Positions 37,633-50,606 of a stretch of 64,000 nucleotides of DNA are shown here, in pieces. Positions within the stretch are counted from its first letter, which is position 1; every line of letters begins with the position of its first letter. Origin of the DNA: Gordius albopunctatus (lineage: Eukaryota); the NCBI GenBank assembly GCA_964276515.1, contig OZ193909.1, positions 3,534,001-3,598,000 on the forward strand. Reading direction: 5' to 3'. A program made the translations under genes and the position numbers. The notes below the pieces were generated by a model. The model saw only the letters and a list, made by a program, of their open reading frames with translations. It did not search any database and was not told the origin of the DNA.

Positions 37633-39641
37633 TTAATCTTCAACACCGGTAAATCCCCACGATTTAAGGCATATATTATATTTAAGTGTTGATGGAGCCA
37701 GTCGATTTCTTCTATCCCTTAATATGTTCCCCGCAATGGAGAATATTCGTTCGGAAGGCACAGAGGTAGTTGGCTGAGCCAAAAAATCCCTAGCCATTTT
37801 GTTCAACCCGGGATATCGCGCCCCATAAATTCTCCACCATTCTAGAACTGTATTTGTCATAATAGGGGCTTCCTTTTCATAATCCTCTAATTCATCGAGA
37901 TAGGTCCTTGATGAAAGAGTTTCACTACATTTAATTTAATATTATACATTAGATAAAGATGAAAAAAATATGTATATACCTCCGCAATTCATTTAAAATA
38001 GCCATGCTATAATCTGTAGGGTCCTCAGGCTCCTGCTCCTCAAATGTAAGTGTGTTGTTGGATATATATGTAGCATGCAGCCGTATAAATCGTGCATAAT
38101 TCTCTAAAAAATATTTTAATTTTTACATTAAAATACCTGAAGTATTCATGGAGGAGGGCATTAGGTGCTTTTTCACCCTGGGGTCCAAATAGGCTGCGGC
38201 ATAAAAGTTAAAAGTCTGAAACTTTGCCATATACTTCTTATATTTGGCGCGCATGGCCATGCAGGCTTCGTTGAGTATGCCATCATCTATTTTATCGTCG
38301 ATTTTTTGGGCGATATTTTTCATATAAATAAAAGCCATCCCAATAGATGTTTTCTTTTCTGATCCTATAATATTGGTGATATTATAAAAGGGCATTAAAA
38401 ATTTTTCTATTTTGATCAGAATCTCCAAATCTTCGTTATTGATGTGTAAGCCCTCATTAGGACTACACATTGAATTCATTTCAGATATGTGCTATAAAAA
38501 TATATTATCGCATTCCTTTTTCATAATTTACCTTGTTCATCATACTAAGCATAAGATAAGTGCTGTTCCACCGCGTGGAAACATCAATCGGTATAACCCT
38601 ACCAGTAGCCTTTTTAAAGCTCTGTAAAAATTTTGGAGAATTGTGCAATTTTCGCACAAATGTTTTCACCTTTTGCAGGTGTTGGGACAAGTAAATCAGG
38701 CCAGCTTGAACAATTATATTTATGATATGTGCTAGACACCGAATAGTAAATATATCTCTACGAAGATTTGCTTTAAATATCTTCTTGAGCTCGTTCCCTG
38801 CTTTAACGACATTTGCTCCATTGTCGTGGGTTATCGATAAAATCTTTTCTGTAATATTATGATCGTTTAAGGAATGATATATAGCATCCAATATATCAGC
38901 CGACGAATGGGGATGGGGAAAATCAATAAAATCTAAAATATAACTATTTATAGACCAATTGCAGTCTATGTAATGAATTGTAATTGCACAAAATGTGCAC
39001 GAATTTACCCCGGTCCATATATCGGTGCTTATACTAATTTGGCTACCAACGCCATTTAACTGTTGAATAATATCAGCTTTTCCCTTTTCATAGGATGCCG
39101 CTAAGCTTTTCGTAGCGGTTTGCCGGGTCCATAATTTGGATGAATTATTTAAATAAAAATATGAATCTTGAAAAGAATGGCTTTCAAAAAGGGATATTGG
39201 TAGGTAGTTGTCGATTACAGATTTGAGAATAAGCTTATTTAAGCAATCATTTTCATCGTATGTTATTTTTTTGGTCCCGGGAATATATTTTTTTTCGCAA
39301 ATATCAGACACTACTTGGATATCAGGATGATAGACTTTAAAATGATTCTTTAAATTTGCTTAAATAAAAAAATAATCCGATTATATAAAAATGATAATTA
39401 TATTTAATAATTTAAATCATTAGACGGATTCTCTATACCTTTATAAGATTATAAGATAAAGCTTAAATAAGTCCGTAATAAACAGCCAAAATTAATTTTA
39501 TTGTTATTTTAAATTAAATTACTTATAGAAGTCGATTTTGAATATTTTCGCGAACAAAGTTGACATTTTCGGTGACCCTTGGTAGGAGTTTCAAGAAATT
39601 TAGAATGGATAAGAGTTTTTTCTCGCGGACGTGAGGGTCCT
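37633..39641 (-). CDS. Spliced hAT transposase (BED finger, DDE core, C-terminal dimerization domain), 5' end lost in gap
   Basis: Exons 39641-39523, 39358-38532, 38491-38137, 38103-37980 and 37924-37633 join in frame. Motifs CQLC...NLKNHFKVYH, STDIWT, THDNGAN, RCLAHIIN, TRWNSTY, LDPR, PTTSVPSERIFS. Confidence 0.88.
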
Positions 39642-39841
39642 NNNNNNNNNNNNNNNNNNNNNNNNNNNNNNNNNNNNNNNNNNNNNNNNNNNNNNNNNNN
39701 NNNNNNNNNNNNNNNNNNNNNNNNNNNNNNNNNNNNNNNNNNNNNNNNNNNNNNNNNNNNNNNNNNNNNNNNNNNNNNNNNNNNNNNNNNNNNNNNNNNN
39801 NNNNNNNNNNNNNNNNNNNNNNNNNNNNNNNNNNNNNNNNN
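39642..39841. other. Assembly gap (200 N)
   Basis: Run of N. Confidence 1.
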
Positions 39842-41154
39842 CTCCCCTGGGTGGTGCGCTTGATTGAACGATCATTGTACTGGAAATTTTCAGACGGGGC
39901 TGCAGGATTGATAGCAGATTTTGCTAACGTAAGAATAAAAAGAAAAAGTAATTAAAAAAAGTGCATTAAAGAAACTTAGCCACTTCCGCTTCTAGATTCC
40001 CTTTTTTAATTACAAGGATTGCAGAACCATTCATTAACCCTTTTACGTTACAAATAATTAAAAAATCTAAATAAGATCAAAGTATTCAAAAAAATTTTCA
40101 TCTAAGTCCTTATAAATATTTTTACCCAATTGTCTAATAATCATACCTAACACCCAATTAGGTTTACCCAAATAATTCCGATACCAAATTCTTTGGTGTA
40201 CCTTAAACTTTGGCACACTAATACTGGGCAATGTTTGGTGCTCAGTGAACTTTAAAAAATCGGGTGGATACCTTATAGTGTTTCGATCTCGTCTCGGTTA
40301 CGAATACAAAATCTCGTCTCGTCTTGGGAGCGATTAAGAAAATCTCGATCTTGTCTCGTCTCGGTCTAGAAAAATCTCGATCTCGTCTCGACTTTTAAAA
40401 AAAATATATACGGAATAAAAATTTCTCATGTTTTATTAAAAATATTGAATAAGTGTTAAAAACTCTGTCATATATGTCACGTATTGATTCTTTGAAGACG
40501 AGCAACGAGAGGCGCGGAGGCGTGAAAGACGATCAACCAGAGGCGCAGGGTAATTACCAGGTGCGGGACGATAGCAAGTGAGAGACAAAAGAAATCTAGG
40601 AAGAGTAACGTGAAGGACGCAAAGGAGAATAACAACTGGCGCGGGACACACAAAGAGAGTATTATCAGAGGCAATAACAACTGGTGGAAGGAATGACAAC
40701 TGGTGCAAGACCCGAGAAGAAAAGAAGAGTATCCGAACAAAAGGGGACATCGGGGCACAACACAGGATGGATTAATAAATTTTCCTGGATATAAATCGTT
40801 TGTGGCATAATTTTTACTTGGAATAAAATATTTATTGGACGTACGAATTATTCTCGGACCTAATATTGGACGTACGATTTATTCGAGGACATAATATTCT
40901 CTGACCTAATTTTGGACTGACGATTTGGTCACGGACATAATATTGGCGCCCAACGTGAAAGAACCATTATTCGGGAAATCAAAAACTGGGGAAAAAGTAA
41001 AGTGCGATACGAAGTCGGATACAGATAGGTAAGTTTATGATAAAAATTTTGGGGTATTTAATAATAATAATTTGTATATTCTTAAATTGGGGGGAAATTA
41101 AGAGGAAATTTTGTAGGATTGTGTTAAGCATCATTATTAGATTTCTAATCAACA

Positions 41155-41442
41155 ATGTATATTAAACGTGAATATGTATGGGAGTATTATGTATATGGAA
41201 TTGTTTTTTGTGTAGGTTTTCTATTAAATGTTTGCATGTCATGTATTATGGCTGCTTTAAAAAAATGTGCGGCCTGTGAGGAGCGGAAGCTGAGTAGTAG
41301 CAATAATTTAAAGTGTTACAAATGCGGAGAGTTAGGACATGGAATGAGGTCGTGTCCGAGAGATAACCAGGGCCTTATATGTTTTATCTGTCGAGGGGAG
41401 GGGCACAGGTCGAGAGAGTGTCCTAAGCGAGTGGGGACATGA
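41155..41442 (+). CDS. Short Gag-like ORF with two CCHC zinc knuckles
   Basis: CYKCGELGHGMRSC and CFICRGEGHRSREC. Confidence 0.7.
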   Translation: MYIKREYVWEYYVYGIVFCVGFLLNVCMSCIMAALKKCAACEERKLSSSNNLKCYKCGELGHGMRSCPRDNQGLICFICRGEGHRSRECPKRVGT

Positions 41443-41729
41443 CTAATAGGGTGTAGAACTGTGTTTTGGCATGCTTGTAATTGTATTTTGTATATAAAAA
41501 TATTTAATTTTGTTCTTGTTATGATTGTAAAAATGATATTTCTTTATATTTCATATATGTTTTACATATTACGTTGGCTAGGGCAAAAGTATTTAGACCT
41601 AATTAGCTTAGAATTAAAATTGTATCGTTGTGTAGGGAGAGGGAGCTATAAATTGTGGCGTTAAAATGGGGTTGGGATGGATGAGAAGGGAATGGGGAAA
41701 AAGATTAGTAAGAACCTATATATATGTAA

Positions 41730-44580
41730 AAGTTGGGGCATTTGCGAATAAACAACCGTGTATCAAGGTCAAGTTGAATGGGGAAACACATCTAATGTTG
41801 ATAGATACCGGGTCCGCAATTGCGATTATAAATAAAGAGGCATGGGTTACTTTAGGCAAGCCGAAATTAGACATTAAGGGTACGGTTAACGTCCGCTTGT
41901 TAACGGGGCAAGAATTGAAAGTCTTAGGTAAATGCATGGTAACAGTTAGGCACGATAAGAATATAAAAAGGGCAGAGGTGTATGTCATGGACTGGAAGGC
42001 CATTAATATCGTGGGGTAGGAATGGAGTGATGCATGGTCGAAGGAATTTAACTGGTGGGATTGGGTGGGGAAGAGTGAGATAGCATTAGAAGTGATGTTT
42101 CAGGAAGGAGAGGGAAGAGGGAGGAAGGTGACGAGATAAAAGAGTTGTTGCGGGAGTTTGAAACGTTTTTGAAGACAGATTAGGAAGTTGCAAAGGGGTA
42201 GAAGTAGAAATAGAATTAAAGGAAGGCGCTTTACCCAAGTTTTGTGGGGCGCGAAGGATACCATTCGAATGGAAGGAGGAAGTGGAGATAGAATTGGAAA
42301 AATGGCTGAAAGAGGGGGTAAACAAGGAAGTCATGTCGAGTTATTGGGCGACACCTTTAGTGCCAGTAAGAAAGGCAAATGGGACATTAAGATTATGTGT
42401 GGATTTTCGGATAACTCTTAACCAATGCGTAAGGGTTGTTAAGTACCCGCTACCTCGGTTTGAGGAAATTGTAGCACGGTTGAGTGGCTGTCGATGGTAT
42501 TCAAAGATCGATTTCGCCAGTGCTTATTTACAATTACCTGTTTCCGAGAAGACCAGTGCGTATTTAACCATAAATACGCACAAGGGTTTATTTGCGTTTC
42601 TGCGGTTGCCATTTGGGCTCAGTGTGTCGGCCCCGATATTCCAAATGACAATGGCTGCCATTTTTCGGGATCTGGAAGGGGTATTTTATTATATGGATGA
42701 TGTGTTAGTAAGTGGTAGGTCAAAGGCGGAACGTAATGCTCGGTTATAGGAAGTGTTAAGCAGGATTAAAGAGAGGGGTATGATAGTAAGCAGGGAAAAA
42801 AGTGTGTTTGCAGTGGAGGAAGTGACATATTTGGGTCATGTATTGAAGGGAGATACGATAGAGCCGGTAGCTGACAAGGTGGAGGTTATCAGGAGTTTGA
42901 GGGTTCCGAATACGAAGAAGGAACTACAGAGCTTCTTGGGGATATTCAATTATTATAGTAAGTTTATAAAAGATTTTGCTCAGTTGGCAGCACCTTTGTA
43001 TGGCTTAATACGGAGGAGGATAGCCTTTAAATGGGACGAAAGCTGTCAGTATAGTTATGAGCAGTTAAAGCAATCTCTGGCCGTTATGCCTGTATTAGTA
43101 TGCTTTGACAATGAAAGGGAGACAAGATTGGCGGTAGATGCGTCGATGTTGGGTGTCGGGAGAGTATTATTACAGCTGGAAGAAGGAGTGGAGAGACTCA
43201 TTTTATATTTTTCACGGAGGTTAAGGGACTGCGAATTACGATATTCGGTAATTGAGAAAGAGGCGTTAGCCATGGTATATGGAGTGGTAAGATGTAGGGA
43301 ATACTTAATAGGCCGGTCGTTTACCTTATATACCGATCATAAAACGTTAAGAGATTTATTTAAGAAGGACAATAACCAGTTAATGTTGTCCCCGAGACTC
43401 CAAAGGTGGTTAATATTAATGGGAGGTTTTAATGTTAGCATCGAATATAGACCGGGAAAGATGAACTATTTGCCGGATATTTTGTCTAGGTGGATGCCCC
43501 ATGAAAAAGATGCGAATAATAGTCAGGAATATAAAGAAGGCACAAGTGAGTACGAGAACGTGGCGGCACTTAGAGTGGAGGTAAGGGGGCCCGTCTCGTG
43601 GGATCAGATAAGAGATAGCATGGTCGGGGATTTGATGTTACAGAAGGTGGGTGAATGTGTGCAAGGGAATAAGGAATGGAGCATGGAAGAAAGAGCATAT
43701 CGGAGAGTAAGAAAGGAGCTGCACTTGGTAGAGGGATGTATGTGCATGCGAGTCATCAAGGGATAAGTAAGATGAAACAATGGGCACGGGAATATATGTG
43801 GTGGCCTGAAATGACCCAGGATATCGAAGATTTGGCCAAAGCGTGTGAAGCTTGTAATGTAGTAGGGGATATGCCGAGGGGGAGAAAAAAGGGTAGATGG
43901 AAATCGGCCGCTAGGGCTTGGGAGAGGGTACATGTAGACTTATTTGAGTGGAGAGGCAAGGCGTTTTTATTGCTGGTAGACGCGTATTCTAAGTGGGTGG
44001 AATTTTTTAAAGTAAGTAAAATGTCGGGAAGGGTGGTGATTGGCATTATGAAAGGATTGTTTGGAAAATATGGATTGCCCATAAGGGTTGTATCGGACGG
44101 AGGACCGGCCTTCATTAGTAAGGAGTTGAGCAAATTTTTTATTGAGCAAGGGGTAAGACATGAAGTGATTGCGCCCTATTATCCGCAATCAAATGGCCAG
44201 GCAGAGAGAATGGTAGGAATAGTAAAAAGCTGGTTCAAAAAGGAGGAAGCGGGTGGGGGAGAATTATGGAAAATGCAAATGGTATACAATAGTACCAGTA
44301 AACTGGGAGAAAGATCACCGAGTGAGAAGTTCTTAGGTAAAAGGGGTAGATGTTGGATAGACTTCTTCAGAAAGGAGAATGGAGAGGAGGTAAGAGAAAG
44401 AAACAAGTTCAAAAGAGGGGATCTGGTGTGGTTGAGGCTATTTAATGCTTAAGTCAAATGGACCCCGGGAGTCATTAGGAAGGCAGACAGTAATTTCAAA
44501 TATTGGGTAGAAGATAGCGATGGGAATAAAATAGCACGTCATGTGAATCAGTTAAAGAGGAGGAAAGAGTTCGGGGATAT
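41730..44580 (+). pseudogene. pol: Gypsy Pol (PR, RT, RNase H, integrase), disrupted
   Basis: LIDTGS, YMDD, VDAS, TDHKTL, SDGGPAF, NGQAER; several stops and frameshifts. Confidence 0.92.
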
Positions 44581-46955
44581 AGGGATGCAGTTAAGAGATA
44601 GGTGTGTGGACAGGCCTGAATTTTACTTAGTATATCTTAGCCGTTGTAAATATACCATCACTGTCTGTTACATATATGTTAGTTATATGATATACCAATG
44701 TATTGGAATGATATTTCAATATATTATAATAGTAAAAAAATAAATAAAAAAAAATAAAAGGAAAAAAAATATAAAAAAAAATATATAAAAAAACAGCAAA
44801 TAAAAAAAAACAAATAAAAAAAAAGAAAGGAGTAAAAACATAGAAATGTTGTGTTTCAGTAAAAACAAACGCGATGTCGCGAGAACTATGTGTATGGAAA
44901 TGTAACCCTTGTATTCCTCACTATCGCGATTTCGCTGAATATTATGTACACAATCATAACATAAGAATTGTATTACGCGCTTAGGGTATAAAATAGTGTC
45001 GCGGAAGTGAAGAATTAATATGTATGTATGTTGCAATATTTATATATTGATGTGCTGTATATGACTCATTCACTTAAAAAAAAATAATAATAATAAAAAA
45101 ATAAATAATGTAAAGTATCAAAGGTGAAGTGAGGTATTATTGCGATGTTGTATGTGTACTTGGGTAGTATTTCGGTGTTATATCAGTTGTTTTATACGGA
45201 TGGATTATAGTATTGTCGTTTTATATTAATTTTCTCATATTTCTATTGTATAATTATAGTCGTGTATGTTTACTTTATTTTTATATTTCTCATATTTTTA
45301 TTGTGTATTTATATTCTCATATTGGTATTGGGTATTTTTATGCTCATTCGGTGTATATAATACTTATGCCACATTGTTCGGGTAGCTGTAGTGTGTTGGC
45401 GATGTAAAACTGTAAAGATATGTAACGATGGATTTGAAATATCGTTTCTGTGTTGAGATGTATATCAGGAAAGGTATATGAATATTGTAATCTTTTTATT
45501 GTAGACTTATACTCGTATATGTTTTATGTGGTGTATATATTTTCATGCTGTTTATATATTTATGTCACATCGTCGTGTATTAGTAGTGAGTTATTGAGAG
45601 AAAGCGTCTAAGGATGTATAACGTCAAAGGGGAAATAGCAAGGTTGTATTGCTAATGTTATTACGGAAATTGTGAATATCGCTATTGTTATTACGCGGAG
45701 TGTATGTATAAAAATATAGTGTATTAGTGTAGTCAGTGTATATCGCGCGCAGTTATTCGAGTATAAATATTTGAGAGGGGGTAGCAACCTAAAGACGGAA
45801 GCACGTCGGAACTATGGGTATCGGCATTGGGGCGAGCAAAGAAAAAGAAAAAGAGTAAAAAAGGGAGATGTCATATATGTCACATATTGATTCTTTGAAG
45901 ACGAGCAACGAGAGGCGCGGAGGCGTGAAAGACGATCAACCAGAGGCGCAGGGTAATTACCAGGTGCAGGACGATAGCAAGTGAGAGACAAAAGAAATCT
46001 AGGAAGAGTAACGTGAAGGACGCAAAGGAGAATAACAACTGGCGCGGGACACACAAAGAGAGTATTATCAGAGGCAATAACAACTGGTGGAAGGAATGAC
46101 AACTGGTGCAAGACCCGAGAAGAAAAGAAGAGTATCCGAACAAAAGGGGACATCGGGGCACAACACAGGATGGATTAATAAATTTTCCTGGATATAAATC
46201 GTTTGTGGCATAATTTTTACTTGGAATAAAATATTTATCGGACGTACGAATTATTCTCGGACCTAATAATGAACGTACGATTTATTCGAGGACATAATAT
46301 TCTCTGACCTAATTTTGGACTGACGATTTAGTCACGGACATAATAAACTCCAAATGGCAAACTTTTATATTTTGGGAAAAACTTTAATACACAGACTTTT
46401 TAAAGATTTAGCGGGACAACTGTGTCTGTTAACTAAATAGACTTAGAAAATTTTAAGATCGCTTATTAGTGATGCGGAAAAACCGAGAAAAATCTCGGTC
46501 AAGATTTTTAAAAATTGAGTCGAGATCGAGACGAGAATTTCGACCTCGAGACGAGACGAGATTTTATCGGCGAGATCTCGACTTTAATTTTTATCTATTA
46601 AGTCTTAATTTAGCTAATTAAGAATTTTTATTTTATGAGATTTAAATTTAGGGTATTAAATGCAAATTAATATCATTTTGAAACTTTTGATAGTACATTA
46701 CTAACGCACCTAATTATCCGCTTCGCGCAAATTTCAACTTTGTAATATAATCTTAATAGACAACATAGTGTTAGTAGCCCTTAGGGTATTTGAGTATTAA
46801 TTAAGTATTTGTTACTTATTTGTATAGCTTATATAATATAAAATTGTTTAGACTTATAATAAGTTTATGCGCAACAAGTTCATCATCCAACATAAAAAAG
46901 AGCAAGCTGCTCTAACATTTCACAGTATCCAAGGATGAATCAATCCTACCTTTTA

Positions 46956-48642
46956 CCCTCTACTGCATGACCTATGTTAGAATAATTTTTTTTACAAACT
47001 AGATTTTTTTGTCTCGATACTATTGATAATCTCATGGCTCACTCCTGGCAATTTACATCTACCCTTTTTATCATTATATTTGGGCAAGTGAGCTGTGAGG
47101 TCTTTCCTAACCTCTACATTATGTAAAGATTGGACTGGTCTTTTTTTACATTTTTCCCGATAACCAGTCTCAACTGATTTTCGTTTGGGAATATTGTTTG
47201 TGGTGCATTTGCCATATTTGTAAAGGACTTCCGCCACCTAAATTTTGAAATCGTATAAGCTAAATCGATTCTTGCTTTGTATTGATATACTATTATAGTC
47301 CCGTTTGTATTCCAACCAAGAATTTATAAGTAACATGTCGAATACATGAAATAAAATTCGATGGTACCATTTTCTAGATTTGGAATGAATTCTATATAAT
47401 GAAATTAAAGAATCCATAAGATCTACACCTCCCATTGATTTATTATAAATTTTCACAATGTTTGGACATGTGATCATTATTTTATCCTTTATTTTTCTAT
47501 CGTATCTTTTGCAATCAATAAGAGGATATGCACCTACAAAAGTGCTCAATAGTGTGACAGCACGGTTGTCCTGCCACTTCACTGAATTCAACTCGACTCC
47601 GTTTATTACTGTTTTTGTGGAAACAAAAGAACCTCGTCCTTTTTGTTTCAACTCCTTATCGGTTGGAAATTGGATATTAGGTAGTCGATTCCCTCTAACC
47701 GTGGCTGCGCAAAAAATACCTCTTTGTGCCAATACGACTTGCAAATGTGTTGAACAAAACCAGTTGTCAAAAAATAATTTATAATTGATTTGCTGCGGTA
47801 TATAAGATATTAAACGTAGCACAGCATTGCCACTTGCTCCAACATCCGGCAATCCTTCCGCTGGTAGTATTTTCCCAGAGTATATTTCAAAATTATGGAG
47901 AAGGCCATCATCTCCGCATAGTAGAAAAACTTTATAACCCCTTTTTTGGGGGTTATATTGCTTTAACCTGCTCCTCCCTTTGTATGGAATGATTTGCTCA
48001 TCTACCATTTCCTATACTTAGCATTTGGATTAAAAAAGATAGCATAAAATACTTAGCACAAATTAAAATACTTACACAATTACTTCGCAATTTGTAATTT
48101 TTTACTTAGATAACACCCTTTTAAATATACCTAAATCATTATTTTGGGTTGACAGATCCTCCTCATCAGACGATTCACTTAAATTTGAATCTTCACTATC
48201 ATTAGGTATGGTACCACAATTCATAATTCTAAAAATATAACACTCAATTAAAATACCTTATGTGCATAATGTGTCTTTAAAGCAACATATGTTTATTTTG
48301 TATTAATCATATGTAAAATAATAAATATATATAATTATATATTTAAAATTAATTTCTATCTTTGATTTATCGAATTTTAATTAAATTCTTTGACAATATA
48401 ACACGTGTAGAAAATACAGAATTTAAATTTTATAAAAAATCGCCATTTTGTAAAATAGGGTTTTAATAAAATGCGAGATTAAAAATATATAATAGGTCAC
48501 GTGTGCCCTATTTAAATCCGAATCAAAGATATGGGTTGTGGCTTCAAATACACATCATGCATTTGAGTTAAAATTTATTTATATAATTTTTATTATAAAA
48601 TTTGTGGTATGTGTATTGAGATATACAGTATGCAGTAGAAGG
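46956..48642 (-). mobile_element. Internally deleted piggyBac element
   Basis: TIRs ccctctactgcat and atgcagtagaagg; TTAA flanks degenerate. Confidence 0.75.
46992..48008 (-). pseudogene. piggyBac transposase fragment
   Basis: VDEQIIPYKGRSRLKQYNP, FFDNWF, YNKSMGGVDLMD; in-frame stop at 47238; most of the N-terminal half is absent. Confidence 0.9.
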
Positions 48643-48835
48643 ATCTAGTTTGTGTTTTGGGGTTTGAGATAAATATTTGGTTCCATTATGACCTCTTTAT
48701 ATCTTATATAATATTTTATGAGAGCCAGAAAAAGAATTTGATTTAATTATTTTTAAAAGTCGAGACGAGACAGGCCGAGACGAGATTTTAATAATCGCAC
48801 CCGAGACGAGACGAAATTGCAACACTATCGCTTAT

Positions 48836-49590
48836 ATATGACTGCCAGTATAGTATCGCGCTCCGTCGCTTACCTACTTTCGAGTTGTGATACTGTACAG
48901 CATTTTAATCTCAGGTCACTTACGGCCGACTCTGGTCACGAATGGCTTGAATGTATCCCAAGTAAACACTCAGGACTTTTGCTTTCAAATCCAGAAGTTT
49001 CGTATGCAATAGCTCTCCGCCTAGGTATTAAAGTTACCATAGGATATCCCTGCAAAAATTGCAATAAGGAAATAGATATCTGGGCTTATCACCCACTTCA
49101 TTGCAAGTTAAACAAATATCGCTTTATCCGACATCAAAAGATAAACCTTTTAATCCAATCAGCTTTAAAAAAGGCCGGCACTCATTCCATCCTTGAAACC
49201 ATCCGATCCTTCTTTAGAAGGTAGAATGCGTCCCGACGGAGCTTCTATGATCCCCTGGGAGGATGGTAAGTTACTAGCATGGGACTTTACCTGCATCGAT
49301 ATTTTCGCGCCAACTAATAATAATTATAACCCACTTTCTTGTGCCGAAGATCGCAAAACACTCAAATACCGAGCCATTGCTCATTCTAAGATTTTTATTC
49401 CAATAGTAGCTTCCTGTTCGGTCACTTTTGGCAAAAAAGCTATAGATTTTTTTAAATCGATAGGAAACAGATCCCCCAAAGCTAAATACTCACCCAGTTT
49501 TGTTTTACGCCAAAAAATCGGCATTCTGATAGCTATAATTACAAATCCTTTTCTGACACATGGCCCGTGTTGGCTATTGACGATTGTGAT
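48836..49590 (+). mobile_element. CRE-type non-LTR retrotransposon 3' region
   Basis: SGHEWLECIPS, AIALRLG, CKNC..HPLHC, RH, RPDG...LAWDFTC. Confidence 0.82.
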
Positions 49591-49935
49591 GAATAATTTT
49601 TTTTTTATTTATAATATTATTTTAAGCCCGTTTATTGTATATTTCATTTACCAATATTAGCGAATAAAAGCATTTTAATATTGAGCAAATTGAGACTCTT
49701 TATTAACCCTGGCTAAAACTTTAAGGTAGACCTTAACATATTTAAGGCAAAGGTTTAAGTCCATTGATATTACCATCATCAATTAAAGTCCATAGTGTTT
49801 ATTGCATGTTTACTATTGCGTTTTAAACCACGAAGATCGAGTGACTTTTATTGATGATATTGTTATTTACAGAATTGTTAACTAGTTGCATATATTAAAA
49901 CGTTGTAAAAACAACAATAAAAGCAGCATTATTTT

Positions 49936-50349
49936 TGTGGTACTCGCCACCTGGCGTTTTATATCTTACCCTATTTTACCCTATTCTATTTAATTTTATT
50001 GCGCGCGGCTATCTTCTTTATATATGTCAATAACCGCAATACGTCGATGAACAGAAAGACATTAATCATCAGCCAAGAACATCTGTACGTTAGAAGAACC
50101 AGCATTATTTTAGTGTCGTTATTGTAACACACGATTCATTCTTACTTTTCCCTCGTTCAATATCATTCTTACTTTTCCCTCGTTCAGTAATAATAATATA
50201 ATATTTATTCCTATGTGAATCATTCAATTCGTCCTATATTATTGTAAGTAACAAGTTATTATCGAGTATTGTAATCATAAAAGTTGAATAAAGAATATCA
50301 GCTTTCTTTAAGTGGTGATAGCGGTGGGATCGCGTATACAACCACAACA
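49936..50349. mobile_element. Probable solo LTR
   Basis: TG...CA, ~414 bp, flanked by ATTTT/ATTCT, absent from the sister copy at ~34000-34015. Confidence 0.65.
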
Positions 50350-50606
50350 ATTCTAAAATTAAGAACATAAGGTTTAAAACTTGCTTTAATAATATTCTAT
50401 TCCATCAGAACTCATTATAAGCCTAAAATTTTGTAATATTTAATAATCTTATTGATACAAATATGTGATAATGGTATTATAAAATTATTCACATACCCTA
50501 AGGGTTAACCATACTTAGGTAAATGATTGTCAAATTTAAAGTTTTTTGGAAAAATATATAATATTTACTTCACTTAGGAATTTTTTAATATCAAATATAT
50601 TCCATA

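Larger units (their letters stand above)
35696..39641 (-). mobile_element. hAT DNA transposon, one terminus visible
   Basis: Terminus tagagatgttaaaatgct at 35696, tcgagca subterminal motifs, tandem array, then the transposase; other end not found beyond the gap. Confidence 0.7.
40466..46345 (+). mobile_element. Full-length Ty3/Gypsy LTR retrotransposon (second family)
   Basis: 477-bp LTRs 40466-40942 and 45869-46345, TSD AACTC, PBS tggcgcccaacgtg (fits tRNA-Lys(CUU)), PPT aaaaaagggaga. Confidence 0.95.
40276..46420. mobile_element. Left part of a (CTCGT)n hAT element interrupted by a Gypsy insertion
   Basis: Starts tagtgtttcgatctcgtctc as at 33319; sequence either side of the Gypsy matches 33420-33545. 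Confidence 0.75.
46467..48827. mobile_element. (CTCGT)n hAT non-autonomous element carrying a piggyBac
   Basis: tagtgatgc ... gcaacacta ends; 8-bp TSD TCGCTTAT at 46459-46466 and 48828-48835. Confidence 0.87.

Noticed and set aside
39579..39875. ORFs containing X runs
   Set aside because: Artefacts of the N gap; whether 39842-39925 belongs to the hAT gene cannot be determined
40436..40758. Duplicated hydrophobic ORFs (also 45812-46161)
   Set aside because: Antisense readings of the purine-rich LTRs
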